The translations under genes and the position numbers were made by a program. From Centroscyllium fabricii (Eukaryota): 64,000 bases of DNA. Shown here piece after piece: positions 1 through 11,083 of the stretch. Every line of letters starts with the position of its first letter. Within the stretch, counting starts at the first letter, position 1. The notes beneath the pieces are model-generated. The model had not been told where the DNA came from and made no database searches. It saw only the letters and a list, made by a program, of their open reading frames with translations. The stretch spans positions 52,824,001-52,888,000 of the forward strand of contig JBNRSN020000012.1 of the NCBI GenBank assembly GCA_051313645.2, in the 5' to 3' direction.

Positions 1-437
1 AGTGAAACTGACAAAAACTTGGGCTTTTCCACGCTATTATCACTGTTAAGTGTCCCATTAAGTGTTAACCGCCTTATTGGAATAGGTGTAACTGGGGTTT
101 TAACAGCGTATTGACATCTAAACAAACGTTATGCCCTGAAAAACTAATGTTTATATTTGTAGAGTGTCAAATTTCTCAATTATGATAAAAATTACAATTT
201 TTTTTAAACTTAATTTAAAAAAAAAGTTTGTTCATGATATTTCAGCTTCTACATTATCCCCATGCGAAAGTCCCAAACTTTATTTTGCTCCCTGTAACAT
301 TTTTTAAAAGTCCGAATGAAAGCTGCTTTTCATTTCCTGGTTTGCTGTCTGTGAGAATTCTCCAATGTGATTGGCTGCTTAGACAGCTTGTTGACATCAC
401 TGCGGCTCTTTGCTTGGAATTCCCATTACAGAGCGCT

Positions 438-842
438 ACATAGAAACATAGACATAGAAGCATAGAAGATAGGAGCAGGAGTAGGCCATTCGGCCCTTCG
501 AGCCTGCTCCTTGGCTGATCATCCAAACCCAGCACCCCGCCCCTGCCCTCCCCCCATATCAAGCCTGCACCGACACACATCCCACCCTATCCCCGTAACC
601 CCACATATTCAACCCCCCTGACACTAAGGGTCAATTTTTCCTGGCCAATCAACCTAACCCGCAAATCTTTGGACTGTGGGAGGAAACCGGAGCACCCGGA
701 GGAAACCCACGCAGACACGGGGAGAATGTGCAAGCTCCACACAGATAGTACCCGAGGCTGGATTTGAACCCGGGTCTCCAGAGCTGTGAGGCAACAGTGC
801 TAACCACTGTGCCACCGTGCCGCCCTGTGCCACCGTGCCGCT
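438..842 (-). mobile_element. tRNA-derived SINE (HE1/V-SINE type) with CR1-derived 3' tail
   Basis: Minus strand reads a GGCGGCACGGTGGCACAGTGGTTAGCACTG A-box head, a GGTTCAAATCC B-box, a GTGGGTTTCCTCCGGGTGCTCCGGTTTCCTCCCACAGTCCAAAGA core, then a CR1-type tail ending in (TCTATG)-like repeats. Confidence 0.9.
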
Positions 843-1849
843 ACAATCAATTACACGACAAGAAAGGCAAACTTCTCGCCACAGGAATCACAAGATCTCT
901 TTGAGCAGTTTCCAGGGCCAGCGGCGAGTGTCTTTGCTTTGCTGCTGACCGCAAATTACAGGCCATCACATCCAGAAGGTCTTTTCCCCACTGTTGAATC
1001 CAATGACCAGCACTTTGAACAGATGTTTTTCCCACATGTTCCAGGCCTGGTTGAGTAACTCTGGTCACAGTATACAACCTCAGCATCTAAAGACCTCAAA
1101 CATCTTCCGTTTCACAAAACTTAATTTCACCCCAAACAACATTCCTAGCGCAGAGGTTTTATTACTTCAGTTGTATAAAATAAAAACTGAATCTTTTTTA
1201 TTTTGAACATTTGTATTCAGCCAATCACTGTAAATTTTTAGCCAGATTGTCATAGTGCACACTAGGTACGTTTTCATAGGAGCAGGGTAAAAATCTCAAC
1301 TCCAAAAAGGTGTCTTTCTTTCTCACAAAGAATTTGTTCACCACAGCTAGAAATCCCCAACATCCAAGGGCCAGGTGAAACTTCCAACTATGATGTTGAA
1401 ACAGACCAGATAACGGGAAAGACACATCCAAACAAAATGGCTTCGAGCTAAGGGGTGGGATCAGCAAAATTCAGAATGGAGCAAGCAGAGAGGGGTAAAG
1501 GCACAGGCACTCAAGGATAAGAGAATGGGAGCAGAAAGAGGCAATAAGAGACAATAATTATATAATTAAAATCAAGCATTTCATTAATTATTCAGATTTA
1601 GGCAATAAAATTAAAATTAACTAAATGGAGGATAATAAAATTAAAGGGTACCATATTTCAGTAAATTAAAATCTGATATATATAAAAAATTAATAGGAGA
1701 TTTAAGGAAATAAAATAAAGAATTTAATAAACAAAAATCAAGGCTAATTAGCTACAAATTAATCTGAAATCAAGCTAAATCTAAATCTTAATATAATCTA
1801 CACCTCAAGTAATTATATACCTAGAACTAAATTAATACTAATAAATAAA

Positions 1850-2470
1850 TAAACAAATACCAGACACGGCAGGGCAGGCTATGTGTCAGGACTGTAATAT
1901 GTGGGAGTTTGTGGACAGCAAGACTGTCCCGGATTTCCACATCTGCAGTAAATGTCTCTGGCTTGAGACACTCCGGCTCAGTCTTTGAGTTGGAGTGTGA
2001 GTTAGAGTCATTCGGACACATAAAGAAGTGGGAATACGAGGAAGTTTTGACTAGTTTTCTCCAGAGTGCAGTCACACCTCAGAGGAAAGCACAGGTACAG
2101 GAAGGGGAGAGTGTGACTGGCAGTCAGCAGGGTAAGGAGAACCAAGGAGATAGAGAAGGTGGCCCCACGGATACTGGTTCGTTCCAACAGGTACAATGTA
2201 CTTGCTACCTGTCAAGTTAAGAATGAAGGCTGCAGGATGGACAGCCAGGATGCTAACCATGGCACCGTGGAGCAGGAGGGAGTCCAAGGTCGGGGAAAGA
2301 GGGGAAGATTGCAGTCATAGGGGACTCGATAATTAGGGGAATAGATATGGTCCTCTGCAGTCACGACCAAGAGTCAAGAAGGGGGTGTTGCCTACCAAGT
2401 GAAAAGGTAAAGGATATCTCAGAGCAACTGAAGAGGAACTTGGAAAGGGAGGGAGAAGATCAAGTTGTTA
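1850..2470 (+). pseudogene. CR1 LINE ORF1 remnant (zinc finger plus SGNH-esterase-like domain)
   Basis: Broken translation CQDCNMWEF...HICSKC, then VIGDSIIRGIDMVLCSHDQESRRGCCLP..KVKDISEQL, typical of CR1 ORF1. Confidence 0.75.
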
Positions 2471-2496
2471 TAAGAACATAAGAAATAGGTGACCGG

Positions 2497-2652
2497 AGGG
2501 GGAAGAGGAGTGATGAGGGGAGGAGAGACGGGGGTGGGGGGGAAGAGAGGAGAGATGAGCCGGGGAGGGGAGGTGGGGGGGTGGGGGGGGTGGAGGACAG
2601 ATGGTGGGGGGGGGGGGGGGTGGAGGGGAGAGGGGAAACAGAGAGAGCGAGA
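2497..2652 (+). repeat. G/purine-rich low-complexity tract
   Basis: Multiple G runs up to about 15 nt and GA repeats. Confidence 0.8.
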
Positions 2653-3284
2653 GAGATTATGCAGTTCTTTTATATTCCAGTCATAAGAACATAAGAAATA
2701 GGAGCAGGAGTAGGCCATTTGGCCCTTCAAGCCTGCAACGCCATTCAATAAGATCATGGCTGATCTTCTACCTCAAATCCACTTTCCTGAATCATCCCCA
2801 TATCCCTGGATTCCCTTGATATTTAAACATCTATTGATCTCGGTCTTGAATATATTCAACGACTGCGCCTCCACAGCCCTCTGGGGTACAGAATTCCAAA
2901 GATTCACCTCTCTGAGTGAAGAAATGTCTCCTCATCTCAGTTCTAAATTGCCAACCACTTATTCTGAGACTGTGACCCCTGGTTCTGGACTCCCTAGCCA
3001 GGGGAAACATCCTCCCTGCATCTACCTGGTCAAGCCCTACAAGAATTTTCTATGTTTCAATGAGATCACCTCTCATTCTTCAAAACTGAAGAGAATATAG
3101 GCCCAGTCTACTCAATCTCTCTTTAGAAGACAATCCCCCCCATCCCAGGCATCAGTCTATATCCCCTTGAAGTCTCCTTGCATCCTCCTCACAACTTACA
3201 TTCCCACCAGCTTTGTATCATCAACAAACTTGGATATATTACATTTGGTCCGCTCATCCAAATCATTGATGTAGATTGTGAATA

Positions 3285-4069
3285 CAGGTTGAAGCTCGTT
3301 AATCCGGCACGGGCGGGACCAGGCCCGTACCGGACAAGTGAAAATCCCGAACGATTGAAGTTACGGCGAGCGCATGCGCAGACGATTCAACATGGCCGCC
3401 GCGAAAGGCCGGCGGCCATTTTGAGTGGTCTGCGCATGCGCTGATCGTTCGGGGAGACGCGGCTCGGGGAGGCTCACAGCGGCCAGGCTCGGGGAAGCTC
3501 GCAGCGGCCAGGCTCGGGGAAGCTCGCAGTGGCCAGGCTCGGGGAAGCTCGCAGCGGCCAGGCTCGGGGAAGCTCGCAGTGGCCAGGCTCGGGGAAACTC
3601 ACAGCGGCCAGGCTCGGGGAAGCTTGCAGCGGCCAGACTCAGGGAAGCTTGCAGCGGCCAGGCTCAGGGAAGCTTGCAGCGGCCAGGCTCGGGGAGGCTC
3701 ACAGCGGCCAGGCTCGGGGAAGCTCGCAGCGGTCAGGCTCGGGGAAGCTCACAGCGGCCAGGCTCGGGGAAGCTTGCAGCGGCCAGGCTCGGGGAAGTTC
3801 GCAGCGGCCAGGCTCGGGGAAGCTCGCAGCGGCCAGGCTCTGAAGCTCGCAGCGGCCAGACTCGGGGAGGCTCGCAGCGGCCAGACTCTGCTCGGCCATT
3901 GTGAATGATCTGCGCATGTGCTCGCCGTTCGGCGGCGCATGCGCAGATCATTCGCCGAAGCATCGATCGCGGTGGCCATTTTGCGCATGCGCAGGGCAGT
4001 CGGGCAAATTATTGCCGGACGTTCGAAGTTGCCATTTTTTCGGGTGCCGGATTAACGAACTTCAACCTG
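3285..4069. mobile_element. Tc1/mariner (Tigger/pogo-like) MITE, copy A
   Basis: TA duplication; TIRs CAGGTTGAAGCTCGTTAATCCGGCAC ... GTGCCGGATTAACGAACTTCAACCTG; no transposase. Confidence 0.92.
3460..3888 (+). repeat. 25-bp minisatellite (about 17 copies) inside MITE A
   Basis: Unit GGCTCGGGGAAGCTCGCAGCGGCCA, head to tail, no spacers. Confidence 0.95.
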
Positions 4070-4367
4070 TAGCTGAGGCCCAAGCAACGAATTACAGCCT
4101 GCCAACCCGAAAATAACTCATTTATTCCTACTTTCTGTTTTCTGTCCGTTAACCAATCCTCAAGCCATGCTAATATATTACCCCCAGTCCCATGAGCCCT
4201 AATTTTGTTCAATAACCTCTTGTGCGACACCTTATTGGTCCATGTTAGGATGACATGGGGAATATCAGAAATTAGACACTAAATTAAAAAAACGGGACTT
4301 CACAGGTGGTAATCTCGGGATTCATACCGGAGCCATATGTTAATTAGCATAGGGATAGGCACAGAAA

Positions 4368-5243
4368 CATATGGACTTTCAAAAGGCTTTTGATAAGGTC
4401 CCGCATAAGAGATTAGCGTGTAAAGTTAAGGCACATGGGATTGGGGGCAAGGTATTGACTTGGATAGAGAACTGGTTGGCGGACAGAAAGCAGAGAGTAG
4501 GAATTAATGGGTCTTTTTCCGAGTGGCAGGCAGTGACTAGTGGGGTACCGCAGGGATCGGTCCTTGGAGCCCAGCTATTCACAATATACATTAATGATCT
4601 AGATAAGGGAACTAGATGTACTATCTCGAAGTTTGCAGACGACACAAAGTTGGGTGGGCATGTGTGCTGCGAGGCGGATACCGAGAAACTCCAGGATGAT
4701 TTGGACAGGTTGGGTGATTGGGCAGAAGTGTGGCAGATGCAATATAACATGGATAAATGAGAGGTTAACCACTTTGGTGTCAAAAACAGAAAGGCAGACT
4801 ATTATTTGAATGGCAATAGATTGGGAGAAGGGGAAGTGCAACGAGACCTGGGTGTCCTTGTGCACCAGTCGCTGAAGGTGAGCATGCAGGTGCAGCAGGC
4901 GGTGAAGAAGGCAAATGGTATGTTGGCCTTCATAGCGAAAAGGTTTGAGTACAGGAACAAGGATGTCCTGCTGCAGTTGTACAGGGCCTTGGTGAGACCA
5001 CATTTTGAGTACTGTGTGCAGTTTTGGTCGCCTTATCTGAGGAAGGATGTTCTTGCCATGGAAGAAGTTCAGCGAAGATTCACCAGGCTGATATCTGGGA
5101 TGGCAGGAATGACATATGAGGAGAGATTGTGTCGATTGGACTTATACTCGCTGGAGTTTCTCCCTGGAGTTTAGAAGAATGAGAGGGGATCTCATCGAAA
5201 CTTATAAAATTCTGACAGGTCTGGACAAACTAGATGCAGGAAA
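4368..5243 (+). mobile_element. CR1 LINE ORF2 reverse transcriptase fragment
   Basis: DFQKAFDKVPH, GVPQGSVLG, KFADDTKLG, YCVQFWSP motifs with stops and frameshifts. Confidence 0.95.
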
Positions 5244-6200
5244 AATAATAGAGCGAGTTATTATCTAAATGGAAAGAAACTGGAAAGTACTTCAGTGCAA
5301 AGGGATCTGGGGGTCCTGGTGCAGAATACACAAAAAGTTAGTATACAGGTGCAGCAGGTGGTCAGGAAGGCCAACGGAATGTTGGCTTTTATTGCTAAGG
5401 GGATGGAGAATAAAAGCAGGGAGGTCTTGCTGCAGTTGTACAGGGTATTGCTGAGACCAGACCTGCAGTACTGCGTGCAGTTCTGGTATCCATATTTAAA
5501 GGACATACTTGCTCGCGAGGCAGTGCAAAGAAGGTTCACTAGGTTAATTCCGGGGATGAGGGGGCTGACATATGACGAGAGGCTGAGTAGATTGGGCCTC
5601 TACTCATTGGAGTTCAGAAGAATGAGAGGCGATCTTATTGAAACATATAAGATTGTGAGAGGGCTTGATCGGGTGGGTGCGGTGAGGATGTTCCCGATGG
5701 TGGGTGAAACTAGGATTAGGGGGCATGATCTTAAAATAAGGGGCTGCCATTTCAAAACTGAGATGAGGAGAAACTTCTTCACTCAGAGAGTGGTGGGGCT
5801 GTGGAATTTGCTGCCCCAGAGAGCTGTGGAAGCTACTACATTGAATAAATTTAAAACAGAGATAGACAGTTTCCTGGAAGTAAAGGGAATTTGGGGTTAT
5901 GGTGAGCGGGCAGGTAAGTGGACGTGAGGCTAGGTTCAGATCGGCCATGTGATCTCCTGGACCAGTTTTCGATTGCCTAGATGGGTCGGAGAGGAATTTC
6001 CCAGATTTTTTCTCCCAAATTGGCCACTGGGTTTTTTATCTGGTTTTTCGCCTCTCCCGGGTGATCACATGGGTTTGGGCGGGATGGAGAGTAAAAGTGA
6101 AATTGAGGTTAGGATCAGATCAGCCATGATCTTGTTGAATGGCGGAGCAGGCTCGAGGGGCTGATTGGCCTACTCCTGCTCCTATTTCTTATGTTCTTAT
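5244..6200 (+). mobile_element. CR1 LINE 3' end with extended 3' UTR
   Basis: ORF 5295-5927 (RRNFFTQRVVGLWN), then a 3' UTR and TTTCTTATGTTCTTATG tail. Confidence 0.9.
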
Positions 6201-7880
6201 GTAGGAAGAATGTTCCCGATGGTGGGAGAGTCCAGAACCAGGGGTCGCAGTCTAAGGATAAGGGGTAAGCCATTTAGGACAGAGATGAGGAAGAATTTCT
6301 TCACCCAGAGAGTGGTGAACCTGTGTAATTCTCTATCACAGAATGTTGTTGAGGCCAAGTCATTAAATATATTCAAGAAGGAGTTAGATATATTTCTTAG
6401 AGCTTAAGGGATCAAGGGATATGGGGAGAAGGCAGGTACAGGGTACTGAGTTTCGATGATCGGCCATGATCTCATCAAATGGCGCAGTACGCTTGAGGGG
6501 CCACATAGAAACAGGAGTAGGCCATTTAGCCACTCGAGCCTGTTCCGCCATTCAATGAGATCATGGCTGATCTGTGACCTAACTCCCAGCTTTTCCCCAT
6601 ATCCCTTAATACCTTTGGTTAACAGAAATCCATCAATCTCAGATTTAAAATTAACTATTGACCCAGCATGAATTGCCATTTCCAGAAGAGAGACCAAACT
6701 TCTACCACCCTTGGCGTGCGGAAGTGTTTCCTAGCTCTACTGCTGAAAGGTCTGGCTCTAATTTTTAGGCTATGTCCCTTAGTCCTAGACTCCCCAACCA
6801 GTAGATATAGTTTCTCCCTATCTACCCTAGCAGTTCCCCATAATATCTTGAAAACTTCGATCAAATCACCCCTTAAGCTTCTAAATTCCAGGGAATTCCT
6901 AGTTTGTACAATCTCTCCTCATAATTTAACCCTCGGCGTCCTTCTCCTTCCTAAAGTGTGGTGCCCAGAATTGCACCAGCTGTGGTCTAACCAGGGCTTT
7001 GTATAGCTGTAGCATAGCTTCTACCCTCTTGTATTCTAGCTTTCGAGATATAAAGGGCAGCATTCCATTACCCTTTTTGATTATTTTCTGTACCTATCCA
7101 TGACATTTTAATGATCTATGTACAGGGACCCCCAAGTCTCTTTGAACCTCCACTGTTTCTAGCTTTTCACCATTAAGTACTCTGAGCTATCCATTTTAGG
7201 TCCAAAGTGGATGTTGTTAATCTATCAACATCTCTTTGTAGCTTTATGCTTCCATCTACCCTGCCTACAATACCACCTATCTTTGTGTCATCGGCAAATT
7301 TGGATATGTGGCTTTCTATTCCATCATCTAAGTCGTTAATAAACATGGTGAATTGTTGAGGCCCCAAAACAGATCCTTGCAGGGCACCACTAGTCACATC
7401 GTGCCAATCAGAGTACCTGCCCATTATCTCTACTCTCGGTTTCCTGCTGCTCGGCCAATTTCCTAACCAGGTCAATAATTTGCCACTCAATTCCCCGAGC
7501 TTCAAGTTTAGCCAACAGTCTATTATGAGGGATGTTATCAAATGCCTTCTGGAAGTCCATATAAATAACGTCCACAGATATTCCCCTGTCCATATGCAAC
7601 AGTCACTAATAAATCCAATATGGAATTCAGGAGAAACTTCTTTACCAAAAAAATGGTTAGTATATGGAACTCGCTTCCACAAGGACTAGTGGAGGCTACT
7701 GGTATAGATGCATTTAAAGGGAAGCTAGATAAACACATGAGGAAGAAAGGAATAGAAGGATATGTTAATTGGATTAGATGAAGAAGTGTAGGAGGAGGTT
7801 CATGTGCAGCATAAATAACGACATGGATCAGTTGGGCTGAATGGCCTGTTTCTGTGCAGCAAATACTATGTAATGCTATG
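6201..7880. mobile_element. Cluster of CR1 fragments (6201-6495 +, about 6503-7590 -, about 7597-7880 +)
   Basis: RMFPMVGESRTRG; minus-strand KFADDTKIGG and MDFQKAFD; CR1 3' tails. Confidence 0.85.
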
Positions 7881-8173
7881 TGATCGAGCAGGGGCATCGA
7901 GTACGGGAACTGCTCCACCCTGGATGATGTCAAGCTTCTGGAGTGTTGTTGTGGCTGTTCTCATTCTGTCGAGTGATGTATATTCCATCACACTCCTCAC
8001 GAGCCTTGTAGATGGCTGAGAGGCTTTGAGGGGATAGGAAGTGAAACACTCATTCCCTCCCGCTTGCTACCCTGCCACTCACCTTACCCTTAAGCCTCCA
8101 TCCACTCCCCCAGTGTGGGTGATGAAGACAGAGGCTCCCTTGTCTTCGACCAGTTTCTCTCCTATCCTTCCTT

Positions 8174-9096
8174 CATAGAATCCCTACAGTGGAGATAGAG
8201 GCCATTTTGGCCCATCGAGCCTGCACCGACACATATCCCACCCTATCCCCGTAACCCCACATATTCAATTTTCAATTTCAATTAAAAAACTTTATTGGCA
8301 TGACAGGATACATCCCTATGTTGGCATGACAGGATACATCCCTATGTTGCCAAATTGTAAAACATAACATACATAGTTAAAATGCATAGATACAGATATA
8401 CAATGTATGGGCAGATATGCCCCTGTACATATACATACATATATATATATACACACACACAATACATCTGTAACCTTTTATCGGTTGCTACACGTTCTTG
8501 CAGTTACAAACGGTATAATAATTAGTGTTGATTAGTCTCTGTTTGTGTGTGCGTGCATGTTGGTCATTCACTGTTTCTCAGGTTGTGGCATGCTGTTACG
8601 TATTGTGCACCAAGCTGTGCCCTATTTCCCTCGCCAAGGATTATTCTTAGTTTTGATATATCATCTAGTTCTTTGAAATCTGGGATTGCCAAGCTTAATT
8701 TGTTTTCCTTGTTTTGTTTTGTCGAATTTTTTGCATTTTAGGAGGAAGTGCACCTCTGTTTCAACCTCATCTGTCAAACAGTGACCGCATATTCTATTTT
8801 CTCTTGGCTGCCAGGATTTCTTGTCTTCCTTTTTCGACTGCCAACTGGTGGCCACTTAGTCTGTACCTTGTGAGGGTATTCAATCCCCCTAACACTAAGG
8901 GTCAATTTATCCTGGCCAATCAACCTAACCCGCACATCTTTGGACTGTGGGAGGAAACCGGGGCATCCGGAGGAAACCCACGCAGACACGGGGAGAATGT
9001 GCAAACTCCACACAGATAGTACCCGAGGTCGGATTTGAACCCGGGCCCCTGGCGCCGTGAGGCAACGGTGCTAACCACTATGCCATCGTGCCACGC
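8174..9096 (-). mobile_element. HE1/V-SINE-type SINE interrupted by a LINE 3' end
   Basis: SINE body at 8877-9096 and tail at 8174-8269; TATTCAAT occurs on both sides of the interruption. Confidence 0.85.
8270..8876 (-). mobile_element. Non-LTR retrotransposon 3' end (RTEX-like, C-terminal Cys/His motif)
   Basis: Minus strand YRLSGHQLAVE...SWQPRENRICGHCLTDEVETEVHFLLKC, then AATAAA and a (TTGAAA)-like tail. Clade assignment is from memory. Confidence 0.65.
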
Positions 9097-10554
9097 CCAC
9101 CTCTGGGTTTCCCTCAGAGGCTTCATTAGCTTTCAAAATTCAAGTTTTAAAAGCAAATCAAATTAGGATGAGGAAAGAAACTAGCCATCTGCCTTTCTTT
9201 GTGTCTTTTTCTCTCTGACTCATAGGTGCTGGAAATTAGAATCGCTATCTTACAGCGATTAGCATTCACCTTTTCAAACTGTGAACAAAATGCAAATTGA
9301 GATAATTAGTTGGCTTCAAAATTCAACTGTTTTTTCCCTCAAAAATTAAAGCAACATTAAATGAAGACACACACACACACCACAGTCTCTAACTGACCTA
9401 AACGGGGTCTCTTTCTCAAATGAACACATTTTCTAATGGGATTTGATGCTGACAAGTGTAACGTGCTACACATATTGCATGAATGGTTTTGATGAAGCTA
9501 AGGATGAAACTGAAAGAGATCTAGGAGTCTTAGTGGACTCGACACTAAACACATCCAAGTAATGCAGAGCAACAATCAATAAACCCAATAAGATGTTCAA
9601 CTACATAGTCAAAACTGCAGAACGTAAGTCACAGGTAATTTGATGGATTCTAAACATCTACACACGATATGTAACCATACATGAATAGAGTTCACCGGCT
9701 TCCTGCAGAGATTTCACAGTAACAATTTTTAAGCATAATCAGAAAACTATCTGCCACTTTACTAAATCTAAAATAGGAGTGAAATAACCTCTGGCAACAA
9801 TCTCAAGGATCATAAAACAAAATAAAAATAGTAAAATATTTTACAGGCACATCAGTAAAAAAAGGAAGGTTGGGATGGGAATAGGGCCATTAAGGGATAG
9901 TGTAGAAGTATACTTAGGATCATGATACTCAGTCATCAGCTGTTCAACTGTTAAAACTTGTAAAATAAGGCCTCGATCTGTAGAGCGTACCACGCAGATC
10001 GAGAAAACTGTCGGATTGTAATTTAGCTGTTGTAAAACGTCTGAACAACTGTACTTAATTTTATGTCTGATTACTATTGTGTACCCGTTTGGGCCTTTTC
10101 ATTACTCGTTATTTCCCTGATTGTCGTTGTTTCATGTTATTGTTCGTCACTTGTAGTACTTTGGACAGCCAATAATAATCGTAAGGGGTTTAAGGGTAAA
10201 ACTTGCGATTCAGTAAGAAGAGTGCCTAGTAGAAATTGAGAACTAAAACTTTACTAAGATGGGAGCTTCGCAGAGTAAGATCCCAGAAAAAGGAAAACTG
10301 AATATTTTCCTGAATGAATGTTGAAGAAGTTAGTGTTTCTTTTGGCTGAAAAGTCTGTCTTTAAAAGAGAAGATTTTGTTGTTTGTTTTAGCTCCTCCCA
10401 CTTCTGTGTTAAAAGCATTTAAAACTTTTGCATTGTCCTGGATTTAGTAAATTTTAAGAATGTGCGAATAAGATTGTGCCTCAAGAATTGAAAAAAAAAC
10501 TGAACTAATTTAAGTTTAAGCTGGTATTTTAAAAAACTGAGAAGAACAACAATA

Positions 10555-11083
10555 CAGGTTGTGCACCGAAAATCCGTGTCCCGAATAGCCGGCAGCTTCA
10601 GTCTGCCGGCACAAATTGCCCCGACTGCACTGCGCATGCGCAAAATGGCAGCCGCCATCGTGGCTTCAGCGAATGATCTGCGCATGCGCCGAGCGCATGC
10701 GCAGATCATTCAAAACAGCTGCGGGTGTTTTGAATGATCTGCGCATGCGTCACCGGACGGTTAGCGCATGCGCAGATAATTCAATACGGCCGCCCGTTAT
10801 TTTTGACAGCTGAGCCCCGTGACTGAGGCGGACAGTCACTAGGCAACAGCTGTCAGCCTGAGTCCCGCTCGGCGGCAGCAGCAACCCCAAAGGCGATGGA
10901 GAGGGACGGCGGACCCGGGCCCGATCTGCGCATGCGCGCGCCAGCCAATCGCAATGTTGCGCGCATGCGCGCGGCCATTTTGAATGGTGCGCATGCGCAG
11001 TGTCCAAACTCGTTCTCCCGGTTTTTTCCATTTCCCGGCACGGGCCTGGTCCCGCCCGTGGCGGATTAATGGTGCACAACCTG
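10555..11083. mobile_element. Tigger/pogo-like MITE, copy B (inside ERV)
   Basis: TA TSD; TIRs CAGGTTGTGCACC...GGTGCACAACCTG; many GCGCATGCGC motifs. Confidence 0.9.

Larger units (their letters stand above)
2681..4236 (-). mobile_element. CR1 LINE fragments (3' end plus RT pieces), split by a MITE
   Basis: CR1 tail at 2681-2760; minus-strand HKRLLNKIRAHG..WLEDWLTDRKQKVGIN; GATTGTGAA-TA-GCTGAGGCCC is restored on removing 3285-4069. Confidence 0.85.

Noticed and set aside
1-437. Possible repeat or regulatory segment at the window start (similar unclassified stretch at about 62120-62650)
   Set aside because: No termini, TSD or coding motif that I can establish, so left unclassified.
2497-2652. 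G-rich tract as a functional G-quadruplex or Gly/Pro-rich ORF
   Set aside because: Low-complexity sequence at a CR1 junction; no evidence of function.
3460-3888. Regular 25-bp repeat resembling a CRISPR array, and the ORFs over it
   Set aside because: Units are contiguous with no unique spacers and no cas genes; ORFs are a by-product of a stop-poor minisatellite in a MITE.
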